A model generated the notes under the pieces. That model did not search any database. It worked only from the letters and a program-made list of their open reading frames with translations, and was not told where the DNA came from. A stretch of DNA of 64,000 nucleotides, taken from contig NC_043001.1 of NCBI RefSeq assembly GCF_006345805.1, positions 102,982,001 through 103,046,000 of the forward strand. The letters are read 5' to 3'. Origin of the DNA: Octopus sinensis (lineage: Eukaryota). Positions 39,162 through 51,470 of this stretch are shown here, piece by piece (positions within the stretch are counted from its first letter, which is position 1; every line of letters starts with the position of its first letter). The translations under genes were made by a program, and so were the position numbers.

Positions 39162-41109
39162 AAAAAATGTTTATCTCCCTTGCAATATTACAGGGGAGGC
39201 AACTCTGTCTTTATTAACTGCTGAGTGAAACTACAACTTTCCTATGACATATTTGCCAATGAATTGGGAGAATCGTACGAGTATCAGACAAAATGCTTTG
39301 CTGAATTTGTTCTAGTCCTATATATTTTGAGTTCAAATCCCGCCAAAGACAACTTTACTTTTTCTTCCCCCTGGATCAATTAAAACAACTGTTACCTACT
39401 GGAATCAATTTAATCGACCAACTCATCCAAAGCCCAGCGGGCTTGTGTCTATGTAGGAAAACAATATTATCTGTATATGACATTTGTTTATCAGAATCAG
39501 TAGAGTATTGAGCAAAGTGCCTTGCGGTATTTAGTTACGGCTCCTTACGGTTCTGAGTTCAAATCCCACCGAGGTCAACTTTGCTTTAAAAAATAAATAC
39601 AGTACTGATATAAATACCAAATTTCTAGTATTGCGTCAATAAGATCACTATTACCTAGAAAGCCGTGTGTGATTACTTTCCCAAGAAAAACAAGGGGAAC
39701 TCAAGAAATCTAGCTGTGGCAGTTTCCAAGTGTAAGTGTGTAATGCACATCAGTACTAGGTGTTGATACTTGTTAACTAGTATAGTACGTTTGTGATGTA
39801 GTTCAGTAAGTAAAGTGTGTAACAGGAACTAGTAGAACTACTCATACTAGCGGTTTCTGTGGAAATTTCACGGGCCATTTTGTGGTACATTGTCTGCCAT
39901 AAGCATCTCTCCATTCGGTAATAATATTCTTTTCTACTCTAGGCACAAGGCCCGAGATTTTTAGGGAGGAGGCCAGTCGATTAGATCGACCCCAGTATGC
40001 AACTTAATTTACCGACACCGAAAGACAGACGAAATACCTATTTCTTTACTACCCACAAGCGGCTAAACACAGAAAGGACAAACAAGGACAGACAGACGTA
40101 TTAAGTCGATCACATCGACCTCAGTGCGTAACTGGTACTTATTTAATCGACCCCCGAAAGGATGAAAGGCAAAATTGACCTCGGCGGAATTTGAACTTAG
40201 AATGTAGCGGCAGACGAAATACCTATTTCATTACTACCCACAAGGGGTTAAACACAGAGAGGACAGACAAACGGATTAAGTCGATTATATCGACCCCAGT
40301 GCGTAACTGGTACTTATTTAATCGACCCCGAAAGGATGAAAAGCAAAGTCAACCTCAACAGAATCTTAACTCAGAACGTAATGGCAGACGAAGTACAGCT
40401 ACGCATTTCGCCCGGCGCGCTACCGTTTCTGCCTGATCGCTGCCTTAATAATATACTATCATTTCCTTTATACATATGTATGAATAATTTGAAAGATGTT
40501 AGCTGTAGAAGGTCTATGCGCCTGTGTTTGTGACTAGGTACCTGTTCAACAATATAGGCGAAGGAATAACAATTTAAAACAATTGATTAAACCTGAAAGT
40601 ATAGATCGAAAACCCACTCGTGAAGTTGTTTGTAGAAAATGAAATTATTGGTAACTAAATGACATTTTCCCTTGGCAACAGTAATTACTCTGTATTTAAA
40701 CACTAAGAATATTCTCTGTCGATTCCTAAACTGCGAATTTCACCAAAACCAAAGCAAAAAAGAAAAAGAAAAGCATATTCCATGAATTAACGTTTAATGA
40801 AATGTCACACTTCGTAAAATTATGATTAATTGATAAACCATAGGTTTGTGTCATGCTGATGATTTCTGAAAAGAATGAAATAATACATTACATGATCACC
40901 ACCAACTAAAAATGAAAGGTGTAAAAACTTCGTAATAAATAAATAAAACTAAACTAATAAATTCACATGGATTCTATGCAGTTGTTTCTTCGTGATTCTT
41001 TAATTTCAAATTCAAATATCTAATCATGCCTCATATTATGAAAAAAAAACATCTTCCTTCTAAAAACTGTCATTATTAAGTAAACCATACGAATGTATGC
41101 TTGTACACA

Positions 41110-41117
41110 TCTATCTG

Positions 41118-41185
<68 letters not shown>

Positions 41186-41219
41186 ATATATAAATACCAA
41201 TCTATCTATCTATCTACCA

Positions 41220-41281
<62 letters not shown>

Positions 41282-41390
41282 TTATCTATCTATCTACTAA
41301 TCTATCTATCACCCTGTCTATCTATTTATCTATCTATCTATCTATCTATCTGTCTGTCTGTTTATCTGTCTATCTGTCTGTTTGTCTGTC
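41110..41390. repeat. (CTAT)n/(TA)n microsatellite
   Basis: Direct inspection. Confidence 0.96.
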
Positions 41391-43574
41391 ATCCTCCTCC
41401 TCATCATCACCATCATAATCATCGTCATCATTTAACACCCATGTTCTATGCTGCTATGAGCTGGATGGTTTCACAGGATCCAGTGGATTCAAGTATTGCC
41501 TCGTGCTCCAGTGTCTGCTTTTGTAAAGTTTCTTCGGCTGGATGCTCTTCCTGATGCCAACCACTTTGCACCACACACACACATTAAGCGACATTATTCT
41601 TCTCAGAAACATAAAGTGGAAATATTTTAAACAAAAATTCTTCAGTTTTTGCACGATATTCTTATTGGCAAATTTGCCTTTTTTTATATTTCTTTTTTAT
41701 CAATTGTTGGAATAAATTATTTTTAAATATAAATTTTGTATACCATATGAAACAAAGTTAATAACAAAAGATTTTGAGTTATTGATTAGATTTTCAGTCA
41801 ATATCTAAAAGAAGAAAAAAAAGGTCCCTGGCTTGTGTTTTATTCTGTTTGCATTTTTCAGTCATTGGACAGAAGTTAGGCTGGGGAACTGTCTTCAAAT
41901 TGATAACCATTCTTATCGACGTCAATTAAATGGAGCCAAAGATTGTCTTTTAAAAATAGAATTACAAGATATTTCATTCGACTTTACAATTTGCTATCTA
42001 TCGCCCTCACTAAGAAACAAAATTAAATCCTGCTACAGTACCGGATCTCTTGTCCAGCTTCTGGAAATCCGTGAGTGCTGGCGTAATACTGTGCGATATG
42101 TTGTATCCTGTATGGAATAAGTTGGTTAATTTGCATACGTTTTGCTCTTTAACGTTTTTTTCCTTTTTTATATGGATTAATAAAGATTAAACAGACTCTG
42201 CTACAGAATTGTATTAATTCGTATCTGTATGTGTTAAATAAAATTGTTCTTTACTTTTCTCCATTCAGTTTCCATTCTATAAACTGTATACACGGTACAG
42301 TATGATATCAAGATATCAATTCAAAGTAGATTAATAAATATCAAACAGACCCTGCTTTAGAAGTGTATTTATTTGAACTTGTTAAATACAGTTTAGCTCG
42401 TTACTTTTCATAGTTTATTTTACATTTCAAGTATATATTTAGGCTGTTACCAGAAAACTGGAAAAAAATCTTGGGATCTTTTCAATTCTGAAGCCAGTTT
42501 TTTCAAATTTTTCCTACTGAACCAAACAATTTGAAACTTCGTATACTGGTAGAATGTGTCAAAAGTAAACTTAATTGTAAACCAGAATGAAAACGGAATT
42601 GTAACTTCTAAGTTTAACGTTGTTTAATAATTAGAATTTTAACCAATGATATTCCGTCATTCGGCTTTATTTTATTTACTCCGTCTCGACCACCAATTTA
42701 GTGACGTATTAAACATCTTAAATGTAAACAAACCGCATGTATCCGTGAAATCTCCTTCTAATTATTTAACGTACTCATGTTTCCAGGATCCTATAGTCAG
42801 CCACCTTCTAATAACAATATTTAAAACTAGTTAATAAGCCACATGTATTAAATTGAAAATGTTTCCATTCTGTTAGTACTTGCTTTCGTTTGCTATTAAG
42901 AAGTGGCATCTCAGTGACGAGGCTTCTAACAAGATTTCGTTTCTAAGCTAATGCGTTTCATTTCACTTATTGTATTTATTTGTGCAAAAGGCAAGAAATT
43001 TAATATTAAAAAGCAAAGAGCTGGCAGAAACGTTAGCACGCCGGGCGAAATGCGTAGCTGTATTTCGTCTGCCGTTACGCTCTGTGTTTGTTTACAGTTT
43101 TCAAACGAACGTTAGTACGTCACAAAAGCGCTTTCTACGTCACACTAATAGAATGCAGTCAAGTTTTACACATGAAAACAAACAATCTGATTGGTTAAAA
43201 TTCGCAGTTTTAATCTACGATTAAAGTCATAAAATAGATTTTTCTCAAATAAACTAGTTCCAACCTGTGTCTTGTTTTGCTAGACTCTATCAGCATACGA
43301 AGTTTCAGATTATTTAGTTAAGTAGAAAGATCTGTGGTCCTGGCTTCAGAATTGAAAAGATCCAAATCTTGAAATCCAGGCTGCTTCCAATCCCAAGCTC
43401 GCCAGATAATTGGTCTAGTGCTGTATTTTTTGTTTACCCATCCCAAACAAACCATACTTAGGTGATCTTAGTTTTTAACATGACATTTTTACTGTGTGAA
43501 ACTTTAACTACCATCAGTTTGATATCAAGCAAACTGAAGAGTTAAAAACTTTTATTTCCATATATAACATAAAC

Positions 43575-43800
43575 GTGTACATCTTTTAGAACTGTATCAT
43601 TTTATAAGATTTTGCTGGCACCGCGATCTGTCGGCCAACTACATTTTCCATCCTGTGGCGTTCGAGACGTTTGGTGGGGTCGAACCTATTGACTGCGAAA
43701 TTCCTGTCTTCATTGGCAGCTCGTGAGGGTGCTTTGTTGTTCCAGTGCATCAGCCTCATCATCACCCGCGGCAATGCCGCAAGCGTGCTGGCGTGCCGCA
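43575..43800 (+). mobile_element. CRE-clade RLE retrotransposon 3' fragment
   Basis: YIFHPVAFETFGG and ALLFQCISLIITRGNAASVL resemble the CRE C-terminal 'F.P...ET.G' and 'FQR.S..IQRGNAASV' motifs. Confidence 0.7.
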
Positions 43801-44639
43801 ATAGCCATTAGAGAGGTTTCCCCTCCAAAATTTTCAATTTAAGGCGGTGAAAAGATCCTGTAATTTTTTCAATTACGTTCTGTTTCATCCATTTTCTAAT
43901 TTAATTTATTTTTTCTAATTTATGTCTTATGTAATTGAGAATTATTGTCTAAATAAACTTCCTGTTTGGTTTCTAAAAAATAAAAATCATATCCTATCAC
44001 AAAGAAGCTGACCTTGTGTCTTTAACCGCAAATAAATAAATGATTCATGTTATTTTAACCTTGCGATAAGAATCTTTGTGTGATCATTGGATGAAATAGA
44101 AACGGCAGCAAATAATATAATCACGCCCTCTTATTTTAAACAACAATAAGAACTCAGAAATGCATGACAACATCGCAGACTATTCCTCTTAACTGCACCG
44201 AAAATATTCCTATTAGAAATGAGTTGAACGTAGCACAAAGTGCAAATAAAAAGTAAACCAAACCTATTCCTTTACTACCCACAAGGGGCTAAACACAGAA
44301 GGGACAAACAAGGACAGACGAACGAATTAAGTCGATTACATCGACCCCAGTGCGTAGCTGGTACTTAATTTATCGACCCCGAAAGGATGAAAGGTAAAGT
44401 CGACCTCAGCGGGATTTGAACTCAGAACGTAACGGCAGACGAAATACTGCAAAGCATTTCGTCCGGCGTGCTAACGATTCTGCCAGATCGCAAATAAAAA
44501 GTAAACCAAACCGACATTATCGACGTTTAGCAAAGTGAAAGTGGTTCATTAAACAGGAATATCTTCCTTAATGACCGACTAATTAGCTATAAAGCAGAAT
44601 GTAAAAGAAGCACGTTTGGAAATAGTTCCAGGAACCTTC

Positions 44640-44781
44640 TTTTCTAATTGGTTACACGACGTTTTAATTTTTGGAAATTAATCTCATGTGACACTAAAAG
44701 TTGCACATTCGGTCGAAGTCCATTCATCCCGGAACTTCAGTTCACTTCTGCAGTTTAATGTTATTCCACAACAAACTCTTG
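44640..44781 (+). promoter_or_regulatory. Putative TM7SF3 promoter/5'UTR (ATTGG box ~44647, M-box TCATGTGAC 44684-44692)
   Basis: Motifs within 140 bp upstream of the ATG, in a CpG-retaining region. Confidence 0.4.
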
Positions 44782-44878
44782 ATGTCATCCGCGATGTTAT
44801 GGTTTTATCTCAGCTCGATATTTTTGGGCCTAACGTTCGTTCCAGCGATTGCTCAGAATATTACACATATTTTTGAAG
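44782..44878 (+). CDS. TM7SF3: TM7SF3 exon 1 (signal peptide)
   Basis: ATG at 44782, MSSAMLWFYLSSIFLGLTFVPAIAQNITHIFE (hydrophobic signal peptide), donor G|GTGAGA, phase 1 matches the next exon. Confidence 0.85.
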
Positions 44879-45080
44879 GTGAGATCGAATAATATATATT
44901 TTCTTTTATTTACTGCAGAAATATAACAAATGATTTCTCTCCCGGAATACGCAAATATTTATGTCAATTAGACGGATTTGATCGGGATTTAATTATAACT
45001 AAAGCAACAAGAATTCTCACTTCACAAATTTAACGATTATTTCAAAATGTTTACATCGGGAAATTATCTACACACAAGAG

Positions 45081-45325
45081 GGCACTACTTGAGAACAGTG
45101 GTCCCGGTGCGCGCACTCTCGTACTCGCGCATCCGCGCTAGCTAGTCATGACTAGTCGATCCTTTGTGTTTTTGTGTGTTATTTACTTTGTTTAAAAAAT
45201 TATTTACTTTGTGTTTTATTTACTTTGCTGGGTAGTCGTTGTAGGATCGACTAGTCACGACTAGTTAGCGCGGATGCGCGACTACGCGAGTGCGCGCACC
45301 GGGACCACTGTTCTCAAGAAGTACC
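45081..45325. mobile_element. CpG-rich MITE, 83-bp TIRs, 4-bp TSD AGAG
   Basis: 45081-45163 vs 45243-45325 with 6 mismatches by my alignment; AGAG at 45077-45080 and 45326-45329. Confidence 0.88.
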
Positions 45326-47770
45326 AGAGAAGAGGAGTGTCGGATGTTGTGTTGTTTATGTCTTTTTCCTTCGCCTTTTGTCTTTAAAGAAAATATTTCT
45401 CCTTTGTTTATCTTTAATTGTATTTCTGACAATCGACTCCAGCCTTGAAATTGTGTTGACAGTAAAAGGAGGAAATTCGTTTCATGGTTTTATACCTGTT
45501 CTCAGGTTGTAGATTTACCTGTAATCATTCAAAAATCATCACTTGATTTTTGGGTACTCAATATCCAACCAATTTCACTAGATTTCTATTTTTTCCTCCA
45601 CTCATCAGTCCCGCGGGTGGGGTTCTTCTTCCTCTGAATATTCTATGGAATTGTCTCCGATTCATTGAATTCTCCACGGTTCACTTTCAATTGGAGTAAA
45701 CGTTACGGATAGATGTTTATTGCTATTGTTTAGCCCAGGCCAGTTCTGATCCAGCCATCCTGATGATCAAAGGCTTTCCAGCCTCGATCAATTTTCTTTT
45801 TTTAAAAAAAATCTTTCAACACTGTCCATTATGTTTTCCCATTTTTAAGACAGTCAGGAGTGATATTGATCGACTGTAGAAGGCGACTTAGATATTGCTT
45901 TGGGCGTGTAGAGTGAGCGATTGCTTGTAAGTTCCTGATGGCAGTTCACGTATGAATACCATCAAAGCAGATCGGGATTCATTATATAAACCACATAAAA
46001 GTGGACAGGAACAACAAATTAGAAAGGACAGGGAACAAAAATTTATCTGTGAAAGGTGGTTAAAAGCTGGGTACTGTGGTAACACTAGGTTCCAAAATCA
46101 GGAGGAAGTTATGAAAACAAACGAAAGGGAAAAATGTGGCAGCAAGTACAAGGGCAAGAATTGCTTTTAACATTTATCGACGATAAATCAATTTGAAATT
46201 ACATATTTTTGTTGTTAATCTCTTGTACCTAATAGTAAATTTCATTTTCTCTCCACCCACCACGATATGAATCAGGTTCGAAAGCTGATTGATAGCTTGT
46301 GTTAGAGGCATACCACACAGTTGTGACCCCCACCGATCTTGTTTCCTCATAACTTTTAGAAAATATGGGTATATTTTTTAATGTAGCTTTCTACAGATAT
46401 CTTTCACAGTTCGTACATAACTGTTAGATCGGAGTTTTATGTGAAAAGAAAAAAAAATACGGTCATACACACACACACATACCAACATACATCACAGTTA
46501 TTTTCAAAATTTTAAGTTTCATTTTGTAGATATCAGTTTGATATGTGTCATTATGTATGTCTCCACTCCCACCAATTTTTTTTATTATTATTATTAACTT
46601 CCAATGTAATCATAATCTGAAAGGTATTTGTAGAACATTTCATAAAAAATACCTATTTTCCTGAAAGTTATGAGGAAACTAAAGTCCATTTGTGCGAATT
46701 TTCCGAAACTCTTCTCACGGAAAGCTTTTTTTTTTTTTTACTACGAATTTTGATATTAGAATCTACACAATCTGAAGCCTATTTGTGGAAAATTTCATTG
46801 AAAAATATCCATTTTTTCTGAAAGTTATGAGGGCACAAAGTCGTGGTGGGGGACCCCCTCAGTATGGATGCCATGTGAGAAACGGCTGTAATGGTTGTGT
46901 TCGTAATAATGGTTGTAGGCGTATTATTATTATTATTTATTATCAAGGCAGAAGCTGGAAGAATTGTTAGCATGCTGGGCGAAATGCTTAGAGGTATTTC
47001 ATCCGTCTTTACGTTCAGAGTTCAAATTCTGCCAATGTCAACTTTGCCTTTCATCCTTTTGCGGTCGATAAATTAAGTACAAGTGAAACACTGGAGTTGA
47101 TGTAATTGACTATTCCCCTTCCTCAAATTTCAGGCCTTGTGCTTCTGTAGAAAAGATCATTATTATTATTATTATTACTATTATTATTATTATTATAGAT
47201 GTCGCACAGTATATAATATTGTGAGGATGTTTGGTTAAAGATATTGTGCCTACCAGGAGTTTGTACTGTTTGTCAAGTCACAACAAGGACCTCAGACAGA
47301 CAGAACTTTACACAATATGCGTGCTGTCCCAAGTAATGCCAATTTTTGCAATACATCTAGATTGTAGGGTATTTCTAAAGTATCCAGATGTTTTTTCAGA
47401 CTGGGTGGTATTGAACCCAGTGCTCCAATGACAACTGGGATAACCTTTCTTTTCAACTTTCGTAGCTGTCAATCTTAGCAATCTCAATTCTCACATCTCC
47501 CTATTTATCAACTTTTTCTTCTTCTTTCATGATGATGTGTTAATCTTTTGGTACTGCTAAATCGATTATTAGGCACTCTAGTTTGTCCTTCCTAAAGGTT
47601 ACTATATCTGGCCTTTGAAAATCAAAGTCCCAAAGGATTTTTGCCTTCCCCTTTTCGTCCAGTACCTTTTCTGGTGTATGTTGGTACCAAGCATCCATAA
47701 CCTCATATCCGTACTTATGGCATGGAAATAAGGTTACAGGTGCTTAGTACCAACATTATTATTATTATTA

Positions 47771-49314
47771 TCATCATCATACTATAATGGGTGTAATATC
47801 CATCCATCCATCCATCTGTACTCACATCAATGCCAAACGGTTGGGCCGATTGGCATGAAACTTTGTAGGGGTGTTTTTTTTTGGGGGGGGTCTCTAGGGT
47901 GGTTTATATATAGGTTTAGTCCCTCCTCTAACCCCTATTTTCAGAGAAACTCCATCGAGGTAACTTTGGCACTCGGAGATAAGTTTGGTAGAAGGAATAG
48001 GGTTGCCTATACCCTTCTAAAGGGACATGCTTGACATCCTCCTTCTGCTCCAACCACCTCTGCCCCCACCCCACCCAACCCCTTCTCCCTCTATTGAGTA
48101 ATATTGTCAAATGAAGTAACTTTGGCAAATATGGGGCTCCTACACTGAATGTTAGAGTCAGATCTCTCCTTTAGAACACATGAACAGTTTTGAAACATTG
48201 TTTACAAAATAACAGCTGATCATTTACGAAGGAGCGTGTCCACTGTCAACACTTTTGGATTTTTGCTCTGGTAACTTTTCCTTACTATGTATCATACTAC
48301 GATGTATACACGTCAATTAAAATGTAACAAAAGATTTTTTTTATGTTGCTCATTTATTATTTTATTCGTGTCAGATGATGACACCAAAATGTAAGTTGTC
48401 ATTCGGGAGAAAAACCAGAAATGCTGTTTCTGCCTGTAGGACTCGGTCGGATGAAGCGTACAGCCAAGCCGAGCAAGAAAGAGATACAGAAGCACGGAGT
48501 GCAAAGCGCCAAAATATAGAAGTGAGAAACTCTGAGCAACAAAGAAATACCTCAGCACGTTGATTGTGTAGGCTAGATCCGGCCGTCAGAGATGCAGAAC
48601 ATGAGAACAATACTGCAGCAGGTCAATCAAGGAGAAGTTCTCCTACAGTTGGAGTTAGCGAACCAACCTATAACACTCAAGCACGACTGCAAGCTAGGCA
48701 AGCACAATTGCAAGTCGAAGATGATGAGTTACAAGATATTTCCCTCGCGAATAGTGAAATCAATGAAATGATCACAGATTATAATTTAATTGCAGTGCGA
48801 GATAGATTTTGACGAAAATAAGATCCCAATATCACACCGGTCTCACAGCTGTGGCAGTTTGGGAGATTATGAAATGTCCGTTTATACCTCGGATACCTCT
48901 GATGTCTTCAGATAATCAATTTCCATTTCAGTTACGATGTAGGCAGTTTCCTATCAAATTAGTCTTCTCCTTTATGGCCAACAAATCTCAGGGCCAGACT
49001 TTGGATCACATCAGTGTGTTTCTACCCTCTCCCATGTTCATGCACGGCCAGCTGTATGTCGCAATGAGTAGGGCAACAGATTCAGCTAATTTGAAACTTA
49101 GTTGTGGACAAACGGAGAATATTGTTTACAAAGAGGTTTGTAAAGATGGCATCATGAATGTGTTATGTAAATGTTTACATATATATTGTTCAATAAGGTA
49201 CACTTACATAGTTTGTCATTAAGTATAATGAATAAAAATAAGTACATTACAACTTAAACTGTCTCGATTTGCACCCTGTTCTTGTCACCCATCATAGATG
49301 GGTAAGTTTGCTAG
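47771..49314 (+). mobile_element. Internally deleted Helitron retaining both ends
   Basis: Helitron N-terminal repeat-like ORF fused to Pif1 C-terminus (RQFPIKL..NKSQGQTL..HGQLYVAMSR); hairpin 49287-49303 then CTAG|T. Confidence 0.88.
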
Positions 49315-50589
49315 TTATTATTATTATTATTATTGAATGAGAGAGCAGCGCATGTCATCAAAGTGACACTGGGGTAAAATATACGAAGCCCATTATACTC
49401 ATCATGACTACTTGTATGATAAGGGTACACCAGACGCATGCGTCACAACCATGTGTGCGCGACATGGTGATCTCATATCAAAATAAACAGCACATGACCT
49501 TGCAGGTGGGGCCCAGTTAGAATTTTCTTCTGGTCGAGTAACCCATCCCACTGAAAAGGTCTGTGAATAAGGATTGTTTAAGGATGTTGAACGAACCATT
49601 AATGTTTCCAGGGGTGAATTATTCAAACCTCTAAGAATTCCTCTCAACACATGGCTATGATGCTCCCCAACTACTTCTGCTTGTGATCAGAGATGCACAT
49701 ATCGTCAGCCACCAAGGGACATGCTCAACTGATTAAGGTCAAGCAGATTTGTGGTATTGAGCAGAATATTTGCTGTATCCCATCTTTTATACCAAGACAA
49801 AACAATGTACATGATAACACTTCCAATCAGTTAAGATCAGAAGCCATGAGAGCCACTGCCTGGTACTGCATCAGGGCATTTATTATTATTATTATGATTA
49901 TAAATGATATATTGTTAATAATGGAGATGGTTATGAAAGTAGTAATGATAGTGGTATTGTAATTAGTAACAGCATTGAAAGTAGTCGTTATTTTGAGTAA
50001 TGATGCCAGTGGGATTGGTGGTGACGTCAATGGTGGCCTGACACTGAAATTAGTTTAACACTAATTCTAAATCATGTATAACTGTCCTGGTTGAATAAAT
50101 ATATTGTGCTGGTGTGGTCATGTGATGCATATTAACAAGGACAGCTGTGTAAAGTAGTGCCAATCTCTAACTGTGGAGGGAATCTGTGGTAGAGGTAGAC
50201 TCAGGAAGACATGGGACAAAGCATGATCTTTGAATGTTGGGCCTCACAGAGGCAATGACTACTGACCAAGACCTTTGGCAATATGTTGTGCTTGAGAAGA
50301 CTTGTCAAGCTAAGGGAAATCATAGTTGTGGCTGATGCTGGTGTCACGTAAGTGGCACTCATGCCAGTGGCATGTAAAAGGCACCTTTTGAGCATTGTGC
50401 CTCATGGAGGCACAATGGCTGATGCTGGTGGCATGTGAAAAGCACCCTATGAGTGTTGGGCCTCATGGAGGCAATGACAAATGGCAGACCTTTGGCATTA
50501 TGCCATTCTTGAAAAGAGGACCCATCAAGCCATGAGAAATGATAGTCATGACACCGATATATTAATATTTCTTTTTTTTTCTCTTTCAG

Positions 50590-50898
50590 ATGGTACAACC
50601 ACAGTAACAATTGATGAGCCCCTGTATATTTACATACATAAAGGGGTCAAGTCTCAGATTCTAAAAGTTAACGATATTAATGAAGCAGAAAGCTTTCTTA
50701 TCTGTGAGGTGCACAGTGTTCGAGGCAATTTGACCCTTTCTTTGACTGAAGTACCTTTTGAGGATGAAGCTGTTAGAGGAAGAAATCTTGGTGTGGTTAC
50801 CATTCTGAAACCAGAACAAGACACGGCTGAATGGTTTCTCTATACAAACAACTTTACTGGTATTGCCTTGATTTATGTCAAGGCTTATACACAAAATG
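50590..50898 (+). CDS. TM7SF3: TM7SF3 exon 2
   Basis: Acceptor ttttctctttcag, open 309 nt DGTTTVTIDEPLY...VKAYTQN, donor G|GTGAGT, phase 1-1. Confidence 0.88.
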
Positions 50899-51090
50899 GT
50901 GAGTTCAGAATTATGTCATTGCTATTCTGTTGTATATAAAAGAAGGTAGACGTACATTGTATGACATCTGCTTTATAATGTTTTTCTTGTTATAGTTGAT
51001 GTGTACGTGTGTGAAAGAGAGAAAACAACGAATGCTCATCTCTAATGAATAACATAGACATGCAAGATGTTTTCTACTATATATATGATA

Positions 51091-51470
51091 CTAGCAGTAT
51101 CGACCGGCGTTGCTCGGGTTTGTAAGGGAAATAACTATAAAGCATTTTTAGAGAGTTATAGCCAAAAAATAGCAAAAAAATGGAAAAAAAATTATGGTAA
51201 ATTTTTTTTTAGTTAAAACGGTCGAGTTGCGTCCCCTAGACAGTCTGTGGTTTGTGTTTCCGATTCTCGACCCCATGTCGAATTTATCGATTTTTTTTTA
51301 GAACTGGGGGAACTTTTCAAAATTTTCTCTGTGTTAGTTTTGAATTATGACATTGGGCTATGTGTGTGTCAAGTTTCATCAGAATCGGTTGAAAGCCGTG
51401 GTCAGGGTGAGGGTACAACCTAACAGACACACAGAAACACACACAGACAAACTGCCGTTTATATAGAGAG
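51091..51470 (-). mobile_element. Non-autonomous Helitron
   Basis: 3' hairpin + CTAG at 51091; 5' TCTCTCTATATAAAC. Confidence 0.65.
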
